A DNA stretch of 64,000 nucleotides from Candidatus Lindowbacteria bacterium RIFCSPLOWO2_12_FULL_62_27 (lineage in GTDB: Bacteria > Lindowbacteria > 2-12-FULL-62-27): assembly GCA_001784175.1 (NCBI GenBank), contig MFPR01000006.1, forward strand, positions 124,001 to 188,000. The letters run 5' to 3'. Positions 29,905 through 42,100 of the stretch are shown here, in pieces. Every line of letters begins with the position of its first letter. Position 1 is the first letter of the stretch. A program made the position numbers and the translations under genes. The notes under the pieces are model-generated. The model searched no databases. It was not told where the DNA came from and was given only the letters and a program-made list of their open reading frames with translations.

Positions 29905-29991
29905 AAAAAAGAAAGACCCGGATTTCTCCGGGCCTTTTCCTCTCGACCATCCGTGTGTAAAGGATACACACACTTCACGTCCCTCAAACGC
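29905..29991 (-). ncRNA. Predicted small RNA A, complementary to the anticodon and D arms of tRNA-like gene A
   Basis: Starts with CGTTTGAGGGACGT (14-nt perfect complement); then TGTGTATCCTTTACACACGG (imperfect complement of the D arm); ends in GGCCCGGA-GAAA-TCCGGGTC-TTTCTTTTTT. Confidence 0.65.
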
Positions 29992-29995
29992 CTAC

Positions 29996-30024
29996 AATTT
30001 ACCGAAATCCCGGCCTTCTGTCAA
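29996..30024 (-). promoter_or_regulatory. sigma70 promoter for small RNA A
   Basis: TTGACA-17 bp-TAAATT on the minus strand. Confidence 0.7.
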
Positions 30025-30030
30025 GAGTAG

Positions 30031-30101
30031 CTGGCCCGCCCGGATTCGAACCGGGATCTCACGTTTGAGGGACGTCTGTGTTTCCCTTACACCACGGGCC
30101 A
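30031..30101 (-). tRNA. Atypical tRNA / tRNA-like gene A, anticodon CUC (Glu), with C33 and a G27:G43 mismatch
   Basis: TGGCCCG TG GTGT AAGGGAA ACAC A GACGT CCCTCAA ACGTG AGAT CCCGG TTCGAAT CCGGG CGGGCCA G gives a complete cloverleaf; no CCA encoded. Confidence 0.75.
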
Positions 30102-30145
30102 ACATCGAACGCAGGCTGTCTGCGCCGAATTGGGTTGTCAATCAG

Positions 30146-33100
30146 ATGAATGGTCGAACCGCGCTTTCGCCGTTTCTCCGTCCCGCCGTCTCGATCTTTA
30201 TCGCCCTTTCCACTTTCCTCTTTACACTTTCCACTGACCCGGCCTCCGCAGCCCCCAACACTTGGGACACCCTCGCGGCCGCGCCAGGCGGCGTGGACCT
30301 TGGGGGCTCTTTGGTGTATCCCGGTTCGGGTGACACGATTTACGCTTTCAGAGGCAATAACACAACCACCTTCTGGGCGTATTCTATCGCAAATAACACA
30401 TGGGAAACAAAGGCTGCCGCCCCTGCCCCCGTGTACGACGGTGGCGCGTTGGCGTATCCCGGTTCAGGTGACACGATTTATGCTTTTGGAGGTAATTTGA
30501 CTACCACTTTCTGGGCGTATTCCATCGCAAATAACACATGGGAAACCAAGGCGGCCACCCCTGCCACGGTGGCTTCTGGTGGCGCGTTGGTGTATCCAGG
30601 TTCGGGTGACACGATTTATGCTTTCAGAGGCAATTCCTACACCAACTTCTGGGCGTATTCCATCACTAATAACACGTGGGAAACCAAGGCCGCCACCCCC
30701 GCCATCATTAATAGCGGTGGTGCGTTGGTGTATCCCGGTTCGGGTGACACGATTTACGCGTTCAGAGGCGCTGCGACCACCAACTTCTGGGCGTATTCCA
30801 TCGCAAATAACACATGGGAAACAAAGGCTGCCGCCCCCGCCAACGTTGACGGTGGTGCGTTGGTGTATCCCGGTTCGGGCGACACGATTTATGCATTCCA
30901 AGGAAACATCACCACCACCTTCTGGGGGTATTCGATCAAAAATAACACATGGACAACGATGGCAGCCGCCCCAAGCCCTGTATATAACGGTGGCGCGTTG
31001 GTGTATCCCGGTTTGGGCGACACAATTTATGCTTTCAGAGGCAACACGACCACCACCTTCTGGGGCTACACGGTTCCATTTTACTCCGGCCCGAACTGGT
31101 ACGTAAACGACGCATCAACCACCGGCGACGCGTTGACAACCGACGTTGGCGATACCACCGGCGACGGGTCGTCCGGCAGGCCGTTTTTGACGATCACGAA
31201 GGCGCTGACGAAGGCGAAGGCGGGGGACACGATTTACATCGACGCCGGGACGTACACCGAAACCGTCGTCATCAACATGGACAGCGTAGCGCTGATCGGC
31301 AAGGATTCGAACGCGACCGTCATCGACCCGCCGGGATCGAGCGCGACGGCCGGCCTCTACGGCATTTTCGCCGACACGCAGACCGGGCTTCTCATCAAGA
31401 ACCTCGGCGTGACGGGGGCGTATGACGGCATCCATTTTTACAACGTGGACGTTGCCACCCTCGAAAGCGACAGCGCAAGTACCTGCGGAAACGCCGGCAT
31501 TTACATGGGCGACAATTCGGACTTCAACACCATCAAAAGAAGCGCTGCGAATTCGATTTCGGGATACGGCATCTATCTCTATCAGAGTTCGAACAACAAC
31601 ACGGTGATCGACAACACGGCCAATTCGAATTCCCAGCACGGCATCTATCTGGCCGCCAGTTCGAACAACACATTGAACAGCAACACGTTCAATTCGAACA
31701 CGAACTACGGCATCTACCTGAATTCGAGCGCGGACAACAACACGGTGACGAACAACACCGTCAACTCGAATTCGCAGTACGGCATTCGTTTCTTGTCGAG
31801 TTCGAACAACCGGGTAGTTCAAAACGACCTGCGCCTGAATACCGTCTATCAGATCTACATCGACGGCACATCCTCCTCGGACACGATCCAGAAAAACAAC
31901 ATTCAGACGTCCGGGACGAACCCTGACAGCGGCGTCTACAACGCCTCGACGATGGCGCCGGTCAGATTCGATTTCAGCCGCAACTGGTGGAACACGACGG
32001 ACGAGTCAAGAATCAAGAAAATGATTTATCAGGCATCGAACGGCGACTCGATCACCTGGTCGCCGTACCGCATCGCTCAAGTCGACACCGCCTCCGGCGC
32101 CGATACGACCGCGCCGGCCCGGCCGATCTCCGTGACGCTCGACACAAGCGTCGGCGGGCAGATCAAAATCTCGTGGGTGATTCCGGCGATCAATGAAGAG
32201 ACCAACGGCGGGGCTGTCGGATACGACGGCGCGGCCATTTACCGCATCCGTAACCTCGCCGACACGACCCACTGGGCCAACTCCGCGAATAAAATCAAGA
32301 TGACGGGCCCGGCCGACACCTTTTACGTCGACACGGACGTCGTCGCCGGGGACACGTACTACTACCGTCTGACCTCCCACGACTCGGCGCCCTTCAGCAA
32401 CGAGTCCTTTTTCACCGACACCAAATTCATCACGGCCGTCGCCGCACCGCCGATAACGGCCTTGTTCACGGTTGTCAAGGCACCAGGCGCGGGAAAACGC
32501 GGCTTTGCCGATTTTTCCAAAGCAATCGTGTTTGACACGACGTCGAACCCGTGTCCGACGAATGCTGAAACGATCACGACCGGCACCGTCGCGAAGTCTT
32601 GCGCGATTCCCCTGCAGCCTGTGGGAGACGGGTCGTGGGTGTGTACGGCCATGGTCTCCAAGGGTACCGCCTACACCTACTACTTCGAGTACCGTATCCC
32701 GGCATTTGAGGACACGGGTGGCTGGAAAAAAGCGGGGCCGGGCGGGGCTCGTAATCAGGACAACAACCATATGAAAACGGTCACCGTGCCGTCCGGCGCG
32801 GGCGATGGGTACATCTTCTACAACAGATTCGGCGACGCGGATGTCCGCGGCGCCCAAGGGATGTCTGCCGCAGGCAGTTGGGACACAGAACTCACAACCG
32901 CCAACCCCGACCTGGCTCAAGTGAACGCCAATGTTTCGGATGTCAGCTCTTCGGGCAACGGTGACACGTTCGACATGGGTGGGAACAATAATTATGGTCT
33001 GTCCCTGATACAGACCGGAGACACCATCGTCAAGCTCTCTTGGACCTTTGGTTTCGGGGACGGGTTTGTGCCTTCAGTTGAAGGTGCGCGTGAGTTCGAC

Positions 33101-36100
33101 ACAACGTCGACGTACACTCCCTACGGGTTTCGGATTCTGCGTGCGCGGCTTCCGACGGGATGGAACACCGACACGACCAACCCGGCGCATCTGAAGTTCG
33201 AGGACACTGTGATCAACGAGGTGACGGGTGACACGCTGTGGTCGCCAAGCCGCACGAGCCAGGGAATCTCCTGGTACAGCGAGGCCATAAATTTCACCGA
33301 CACGTCACTGCCCAAAAATGTGTCGGTCGGAGACTCATTCATTTACACGGTACTTTGGGTAGACGCCCACGGAAATACGAACGACACCTTCGCCCAGAAT
33401 TTCGCCGGCGGAGCGGCGAAATGGGTTCGCAGCGGTCAGATCACCGTCATATTCAAGGACGCCAAGGCAACAGGAGCGGGGAAGCGCGGGTTTGCCGATT
33501 TTTCGAAGGCGATCGTGTTCGACACGACGACGAACCCGTGCCCTGCAAATGCGGAAACGGTAGTTGGCAGCGTGGTCGCGACTCGTCATTCGTGCGCCAT
33601 CCCGATGAATCCGGTCGGCGACGGTTCGTGGATATGCACGGCCGCGGTATTTGGAGGGAGCAATTACAGCTACTGGTTCGAGTACCGCATACCGGCGCAC
33701 GATGACACAAACAACTGGAAAGGCGTGGGTGCGACGGGAACGCGGAACCAGGACCAAGTCTCGATGAGGACGATCACGGTGCCGTCGACGGCGACTGGGG
33801 GATACATCCTCTACAATTATCTGGGCGACGCGGACGTGACGGGCAAGCAGGGCATGAACGTGACGGGGTCGTGGGACACAGAACTGACGACGGCCAACCC
33901 GGACGTGGCGTCGTACAACGGTGTGACGGATGTGAGTTCCAGCGGGAACAACGACACAACGGACATGGGCGGAAACAACAATTACGGCATGACGATCACG
34001 CAGACAGCCGACACGACCTTCAAGTTGAGTTGGCGCATGAAGATCACGGGCGCAGACGACATTGTGCCGCTCGTGGAAGGAGCGAGAGAGTACGATACAA
34101 CTTCGACGGCAACGCCGTACGGATTCCGAATCCTGCGAGCGCGGCTGCCCTCGGGCTGGAGCGCGGACACGACGACCCCCACGCACCTCAAGTTCGAGGA
34201 CACAGTTGTGAACATGGTGACGGGGGACACGCTGTATTCGCCGAGCCGGACGACGCTGGGGATCGCTTGGTACGACGATCTCTTGTCGTTCACGGACACG
34301 TCTCTGCCGACTAACGTGGCCGGCGGCGATTCGTTCATCTACACGGTGTTGTGGCAGGACGCCTACGGAAACTTAAACGACACCTCCCAGCAGAATTTCT
34401 CCGGAGGGGCGGCGAAAGCAATTCGGGGCAGCGGGGTAACCGTCATCTTCAAGGACGGTAAGGCAACAGGAGCGGGGAAGCGCGGGTTTGCCGATTTTTC
34501 GAAGGCGACCGTGTTTGACACGACGACGAATCCGTGCCCGGTGAATGCGGAGACGGTGGTCGGCAGCGCGACCCCGGCTACTCGTCATTCGTGCGCCATC
34601 CCGATGAATCCGGTCGGCGACGGTTCGTGGATCTGCACGGCCGCGGTATTTGGAGGGAGCAATTACAGCTACTGGTTCGAGTACCGCATACCGGCGTACG
34701 ACGACACAAGCAACTGGAAAGGCGTGGGTGCGGCGGGAACGCGGAACCAGGACCAAGTCTCGATGAGGACGATCACGGTGCCGTCGACGGCGACTGGAGG
34801 ATACATCTTCTACAATTACCTGGGTGACGCGGACGTGACGGGCAAGCAGGGCATGAACGTGACGGGGTCGTGGGACACGGAACTGACGACGGCGAATCCG
34901 GACGTGGCGTCGTACAACGGTATGACGGATGTGAGTTCCAGCGGGAACAACGACACAACGGACATGGGTGGAAACAACAACTACGCCATGACGGCCACGC
35001 AGATGGTTGACACGACCGTCAGATTGAGTTGGCGCATGAAGATCACGGGCGCAGACGACATTGTGCCGCTCGTGGAAGGAGCGAGAGAGTACGATACAAC
35101 TTCGACGGCAACGCCGTACGGATTCCGAATCCTGCGAGCGCGGCTGCCCTCGGGCTGGAGCGCGGACACGACGACCCCCACGCACCTCAAGTTTGAGGAC
35201 ACGGTTGTGAACATGGTGACGGGGGACACGCTGTATTCGCCGAGCCGGACGACGCTGGGGATCGCTTGGTACGACGATCTCTTGTCGTTCACAGACACGT
35301 CGTTGCCGGCCAACGTGTCCGTCGGCGATTCATTCGTTTACGCGATGTTGTGGGTGGATGCCTACGGGAACAAGAACGACACCGGCGACCAGAATTTCAC
35401 CGGCGGGGCGGCGAAATGGGTTCGAAGCGGTCAGATCACCGTCATCTTCAAGGACGCCAAGGCAGCGGGAGCGGGAAAGCGCGGATTCGCCGATTTTTCG
35501 AAGGCGCTCGTCTTTGACACGGCGGCGAACCCGTGTCCAGTGGGCGCGGAAACGATCGCGGTCAACGGCGGTGTCGGGAAATCCTGTGCGATTCCGATGA
35601 AGCCGGTGGGTGACGGTTCGTGGATATGTACGGCAACAGTTTTCCAGGGCAGCGACTACAAGTATTACTTCGAGTATCGGATCCCGGCGTTTGAGGACAC
35701 GAACGGCTGGAAGAATTCGGCGGCGACAGGAGTGCGGAACCAGGACATTGACCAAGTGAGGACAGTCACGGTACCGCCGGCCGCCACGAACGGGTACATT
35801 TTCTATAACATGCTGGGCGACGCGGATGTGAGAGGCAAGCAAGGAATATCCAACGCAGGGGATTGGGACACGGAACTGACGACGGCGAATCCGGACGTGG
35901 CGGCCTACAATGGGACAGTGGATGTGAGTTCGAGCGGCGACAACGACACGACGAACATGGGCGCCAACACTAACTATGCCATGACGCTCGTGCAGACGGC
36001 CGACACGACCGTCAAGTTGAGTTGGCGTTTGAAGTTCACGACCGCAGACGAAATCGTCCCAACCGTTGAAGGCATGCGGGAGTTCGACACGACGTCGATC

Positions 36101-39100
36101 TACGCGCCGTATGGGTTCCGGATATTGCGTGCGCGACTGCCGGCGGGGTGGAACGCAGACACGACGACGCCGTCGAATCTGAAATACGAGGACACGGTTG
36201 TGAACATGGTGACCGGCGACACGCTGTATTCGCCGAGCCGGACGACGCTGGGGATCGGCTGGTACGATACACTCTTGTCGTTTACGGACACATCGATGCC
36301 GGCCACGCCGGCCGGAGATACGTTTGTGTACACGGTGTTGTGGGTCGACGCCTACGACAACAAGAACGACACCAGCGACCAGAATTTCGTCGGCGGGTCG
36401 GCGAAATGGGTTCGAAGCGACACTGCGCCACCCTACGCCGGCCCCAACTGGTACGTGAACGACACGTACACGCCGTCGGACTCCTATACGTATGCGACGG
36501 GTAATGATGGAACGGGGGGTAACGGGTCGGCCCAGAAGCCCTACCGGTCGCTCGCCAAAGTCACGCAGAAGGTCAAGGCCGGCGACACGATCTACGTCGA
36601 CGCCGGAACATTCTCCGAGACTGTTGTGATCGACACCGACAACATCAGCCTCATGGGCGCGGATTCGCGCATAACCGTCATCGATCCGCCGGGCGCAAAG
36701 ACCACGGCGGGTCTGGTGGGGATCAAGGTTCTATCTCGCACCAACGTCCTGATCAAAAATATCGGCGTCACCGACGCCTATGACGGCATCTGGCTGACCG
36801 ACGCCGACAGCGCGATGGTCACGTCCGACAGCTTTTCCGGGATCGGCAATATCGGGATCCACGTCAAGTCGCGGTTCGCCAGGATCACCGACAACATCCT
36901 GTACAATGCCAACTCCGGCGGGTACACGATCCAGGTCGATTCCGGAGAGAACACCATCTCGGCCAACACCATCGACTCGACCTCTTACGGCATGCTGGTC
37001 TCGACCGAATCCAACACCATCTCGCGCAATACCGTCACCAACAGCCTCAACATCGGCGTCTACCTGAACGCCGCCGGCTCGTACGGCAATCTCATCGAGT
37101 CCAACACGCTGACCGGCAACGGCACGTGGGGCGTCTATCTCGCCGGGCCGGACAACCGTGCGTTCGGAAACATCGTCCGGCAGAACACGTCGGGCGGGTT
37201 CTATATTTCGGCGGCGGGCAACATTATCCGGTTCAATGCCATCAACAGCAACATCGCCGTCGGGCTGGAGATCGCCAACAATACCACCATCGTCGAGCAG
37301 AACGACATCATCGGCAACGACACCGGGGTCTTCTTTAATACCGCATCCCCCGGGATCGTCCTCCGGAAGAACAACATCGCCAACAACAACGTCAACAACG
37401 TCCGCAACGCCTACTCGGGATCGCAGACCGCCGACCACAACTGGTTCGGCACCGCCGATTCGGCCGCCATCGGCGCCAAACTCGCCGACGCCAACTCTGA
37501 TTTCGACCCTTGGCGGCTCGGCAAAGTCGACACCGCGCCCGGCGCCGACACCACCGCGCCGGACAAGCCTCTCAATGTCGCGATCGACACCGGGACGGCC
37601 GCCAAGGTTGTCCTGTCGTGGACGATCCCGAGTTTGAACGAGGAGACCAACGGCGGCAGTGTGGGATTCGGCGGGGTCAACATCTGGCGGCTCACCAACA
37701 CGGCCGACACCGGCCACTGGGCCAATTCGGCCAATCTCGTGAAATCGACCGCCGCCGCCGACACCACCTGGACCGACACGGTCGTCGTGCCCGGCAACAC
37801 GTATTATTACCGGTTGACCTCGAAGGACACCGCGTCGCCTGTCAACGAGTCGTTCTTCACCGACGTGGTTTCCGGCGAAGTCCAGCCCTTTTTCGACAAC
37901 GGCGCGACCACCGTCTACGTCTGCGACGCCGGCGACAGCAAAAACGCGACGGCCGGCGACACCGCCGGCGCCCTGCCGGACATTCTTTCCGCGCTCAAAT
38001 ACATCAAACCCGAAAACGGCTGGGACACGATTGTGGTGTACAAAACCATCAACGCCGACAGCTTCAGGCTGAATGGCAGCATCGCGCTTGAAACGGGCCT
38101 GACGGTGATCTCAGCCAAATCCCATTTCGGGTCCGACACCGGCGGCGGCGGCGACACGTACGCGCGAATCCACATGTCGTCCATCCAGACGCTGTTCGCC
38201 GGCGCCAAGTACGCGCGCGTTGAGGGAATGACGCTGTTCGGCGAAAACAACACCTCCGGCACCCTCAAGGGCGTGACCGGCGCCGACAGCATGATCATCC
38301 GGAACAACACGTTCTACACATGGCCCCGCGCCATCGAGGTCACCGGGTCGGTCACCAACGTCCTCATCGAAAGCAACACCATCTCGACCGCCGGCTCCGG
38401 CACGTTCTATCCCGTCGACCTCTCCGGCGGCGATTCGCTGACCGTGCGGTTCAACAAGCTCAGGAACGCCGGCGCCGACTACCAGATCTACATCGGCGGC
38501 ACGAACGTCACCTTGGAGGCCAACACGATCGACAGCGCGGTCAGCGGCATCAAGCTGACCGGGGCCGGCGCGAAAGTCGCGCGCAACGCCCTGAAAACGG
38601 GAACCAAGGTGGGCGTGTTCGCCGCCGCGTCGATGGACCTCTTCGTCCAGAACACAATCACCGGATATGACACCGGCCTGCAGCTTGGGGCGGCGCCGGT
38701 CACGCCCATCAGCAAGAACAACATCCACGGCAACATTGCCAACAACCTCGACAACCCGTCCAGCGTCAGCGCCACCCTCACCCGCAACTGGTGGGGCACG
38801 ACGGACGAAAACGCCATCGCGGCCAAACTCGTCGACAGCGTCAACAGCTTCCGGCCCTACCGGTTCGCCGCCGTGGACACGGCCGTGGGCGCCGACACGA
38901 CGGCGCCGGCCAAACCAACCGGCGTGACGCTCGACACGAGCGTCGCGGGGCAAATCAAGATCACGTGGGTCAACCCGGCGCTGAACGAGGAGACCAACGG
39001 CGGCTCGGTCGGATTTAACGGAGTGAAAGTCTACCGCCTGACCAACACGGTCGACACCACGCAATGGGCCAACACCGCCAATCTCGTCAAGACATTGAAC

Positions 39101-42100
39101 GCGTCCGACACGTTCTGGAAGGACACCGCCGTGCAGGACGGCAACACTTACTATTACCGGCTGACGTCCCGGGACGCCGCCACGTTCGTCAACGAGTCGG
39201 CTTTCACCGACACCGTGTTTGCCGTGTCGGACACGCCCCTTCTGAAACAGATTCAGGCCGGCGCGGGCCTGTCGGACGCCGCGGACGGCAACGGCTGCGC
39301 GTGGGCCGATTTCGACAGCGACACCGACCTCGACATCTTCGTCGTCAATTACGGCGCGGCCGACATTCTCTACCGCTACAACGGCGGCGACTCCTTCACG
39401 AACGTCGCCGCGAGCGCCGGCGTGAACGGCTCGGGCGACGGGGTGGGCCTGTCGTGGGGCGATTACGACAACGACGGCGACATCGACGTCTACGTGGTCA
39501 ACAACGGCGGCGGGCAGGATTACCTGTACCGGAACGAAGGCAACTCGACATTCACCGACGTCGCGACGAGCCTGGGCATGACCGAATCGAGCAACGGAGA
39601 CGGCGCGTCGTGGGGCGATTACGACAACGACGGCGATCTGGACATTTTCGTGAGCAACGCCTCCGGCGGGCAGGATCATCTGTTCCGCAACAACGACGGC
39701 AAGAACTTCACGAACGTGGCGACGTCGGCCGGCCTGACGGACGCCCTGACCAGCTACGCCGTCGCGTGGGCGGACTATGACAGGGACGGCGACCTCGATT
39801 TGTACGTGACGTTCGACGGAACCAATCAAGACCGGCTGTACCGCAACAACGGGCAAGGGTGGTTTCAGGATGTGTCGAACACTGCCGGCATGAACGACAC
39901 GACGAATTCCAATACCGCCGCCTGGGGCGACTACGACGCCGACGGCGACCTCGACCTTTTTGTGCCGGACGGATCGCAGACCAAGAATCACATGCTGTAC
40001 CGGAACAACGGCAACGGCACATTCACGAACGCGATTGCCGGAAGCGGCATCACCGACACCGCCGGCGGCGGGGTCGTGTGGGTCGATTACGACAACGACG
40101 GCGACATCGACCTGTACGTCAGCGGCTCCTTCATCGACGGCGGCACCCTGGGCGACGCCCTCTACCGCAACAACGCCGACGGCACCTTCACGCAGGAGGC
40201 CCCACACCGGGGCATCACCGTTTCGTCGACAGGATATGGCGGCGCGTGGGGCGATTATGACAACGATGGAGACATGGACGTTTACATCACACACCAGGCA
40301 GGCACCAAACAGGATTTTCTGTTCCGGAACAGGGGCACGGGCAAGAACTGGATCAAAGTGAACCCGCTGACCGACAAAGACGGCGACGCGGTCGAATCGG
40401 ACGCCGACACCGACCGGCTGGCGATCGGGGCGCTGGTGGAGATCGACCTGAACGGCGGCGCGAATTTCGACACGGGCTTCAACAAATACGTCTCAATGCT
40501 GCTTTCCGGAAACGGATTCCAGCAAACCGCCGCGCCGGTCCATCTCGGCGTGGACACCGCGGGCACCGTCGACGTGCGCGTGACGTTCCCGGACGGCGAC
40601 ACGGCCGTGCAGACGGGCGTCGCCGTCAACCAGACGATCACGATTCGCGACCCGCAATTTTACCCGGGCCCGATCTGGCACGTGAACGACACCGTCACGA
40701 CCGGCGACTCCTTCACGTACGCGGCCGGATCGGACCTGACGGGCAAGGGCAACGCGCAAAGGCCGTTCAAGACGATCACGCGGGCGCTGTCGTTCGCGAA
40801 AGCCGGCGACACGATTTTGATCGACGCCGGAACCCACACTGAAACCGTCGTGATCAGCCTGGACACGGTCAGCCTGATCGGCGTGGACTCGGGCGCCACG
40901 GTGATCAACCCTCCGGGATCGAGCGGCACGGCCGGCTTGTACGGGATCTACGCGACCGGCCGCCGGGCGCTTCTAATCAAGAACCTCGGCGTGACCGGCG
41001 CCTACGAGGGCATCCGGTTCGACAACGTGGACAGCTCGACGATCAGCGGCGACAGCCTGTGCTCCAACGGCGCGTACGGGATTTATCTTCTGACCGGTTC
41101 GGACGCGAACAAGATCGAAAACTGCAGCGTGAAATCGAATTCGAGCGGCGTGTATCTGGCGTCCGGCTCGAACAACAACACGCTGACCGGCAACACCGTC
41201 AACTCGAATTCGGACGCGGGCATCTATCTGGACTTCGCGTCGAACAACACCGTCAGCGGCAACACGGTGAACGGCAACTCGGTCAAGGGCATTTACATCA
41301 CGGGCACGGCCAACAGCAACAAGGTCAAGAACAACACGGTCCTGTCGAGCGGCCAGCACGGTTTTTATCTGTGGACGACGGATCGCAACGTGATTTCAAA
41401 CAACGTGATTCGATCGAGCCAGCTTGCCGGCCTGTGGCTCCGGGACGCGGAGACGAACGCGATCGGCCAGAACGACATCGACGGCGACACCGGGTTTCTC
41501 ATCTGGGGCGCGTCCCGCGGAAACGTCATCGGCAAAAACAACATCACGGGCGGCGCGTCCAATTTCGTGAAAAATCCGGCCGGCATCGCGCAGACCTTGA
41601 CCCGAAACTGGTTCGGGTCGGTCGATTCAGTGACGATCTCGGCGAAAATCAGCGACACGGCGTCGGCTTGGGCGCCGTGGCGGCTTGCGCTCGTCGACAC
41701 CGCCGCCGGCGCCGACACGACGGCGCCGAAAGCGCCGGACACGGTCGCCGTGATCGGCGCGCCCTCCGACACGTCGGTCATTCTGGAGTGGTCGGCGGTG
41801 AGCGCGCTGGAGGAGTCGAATGGCGGCGCGACGGGCCTGTCGGGCTACCGCGTGTACCGCAGCGCCGTGAAAGACACGTCGTCGTGGGTGAAGGTGGGGC
41901 AGACGGCGTCGGGCGTGATCCGGTGGCAGGACACGGACGCCGGGGTCGGGGTCCGGTACTATTACCGCGTGACGGCGTTCGACACGGCGGCGTTCGAGAA
42001 TGAGTCGTACTTCTCGGACAGCCAGCCCTCCGACAGCGTGGTGTTCACGACGACGGTGAACTGGTACGTGAACGACGGCGCGACCGCCGGGGACAGTTTC

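Noticed and set aside
29747-30145. 133-aa N-terminal extension of the 9098-aa ORF
   Set aside because: Not protein-like, precedes the signal peptide, and overlaps the minus-strand RNA modules; treated as a chance open frame.
30250-31080. CRISPR array
   Set aside because: The repeats are in-frame 48-codon coding units with similar rather than unique spacers; no cas genes.
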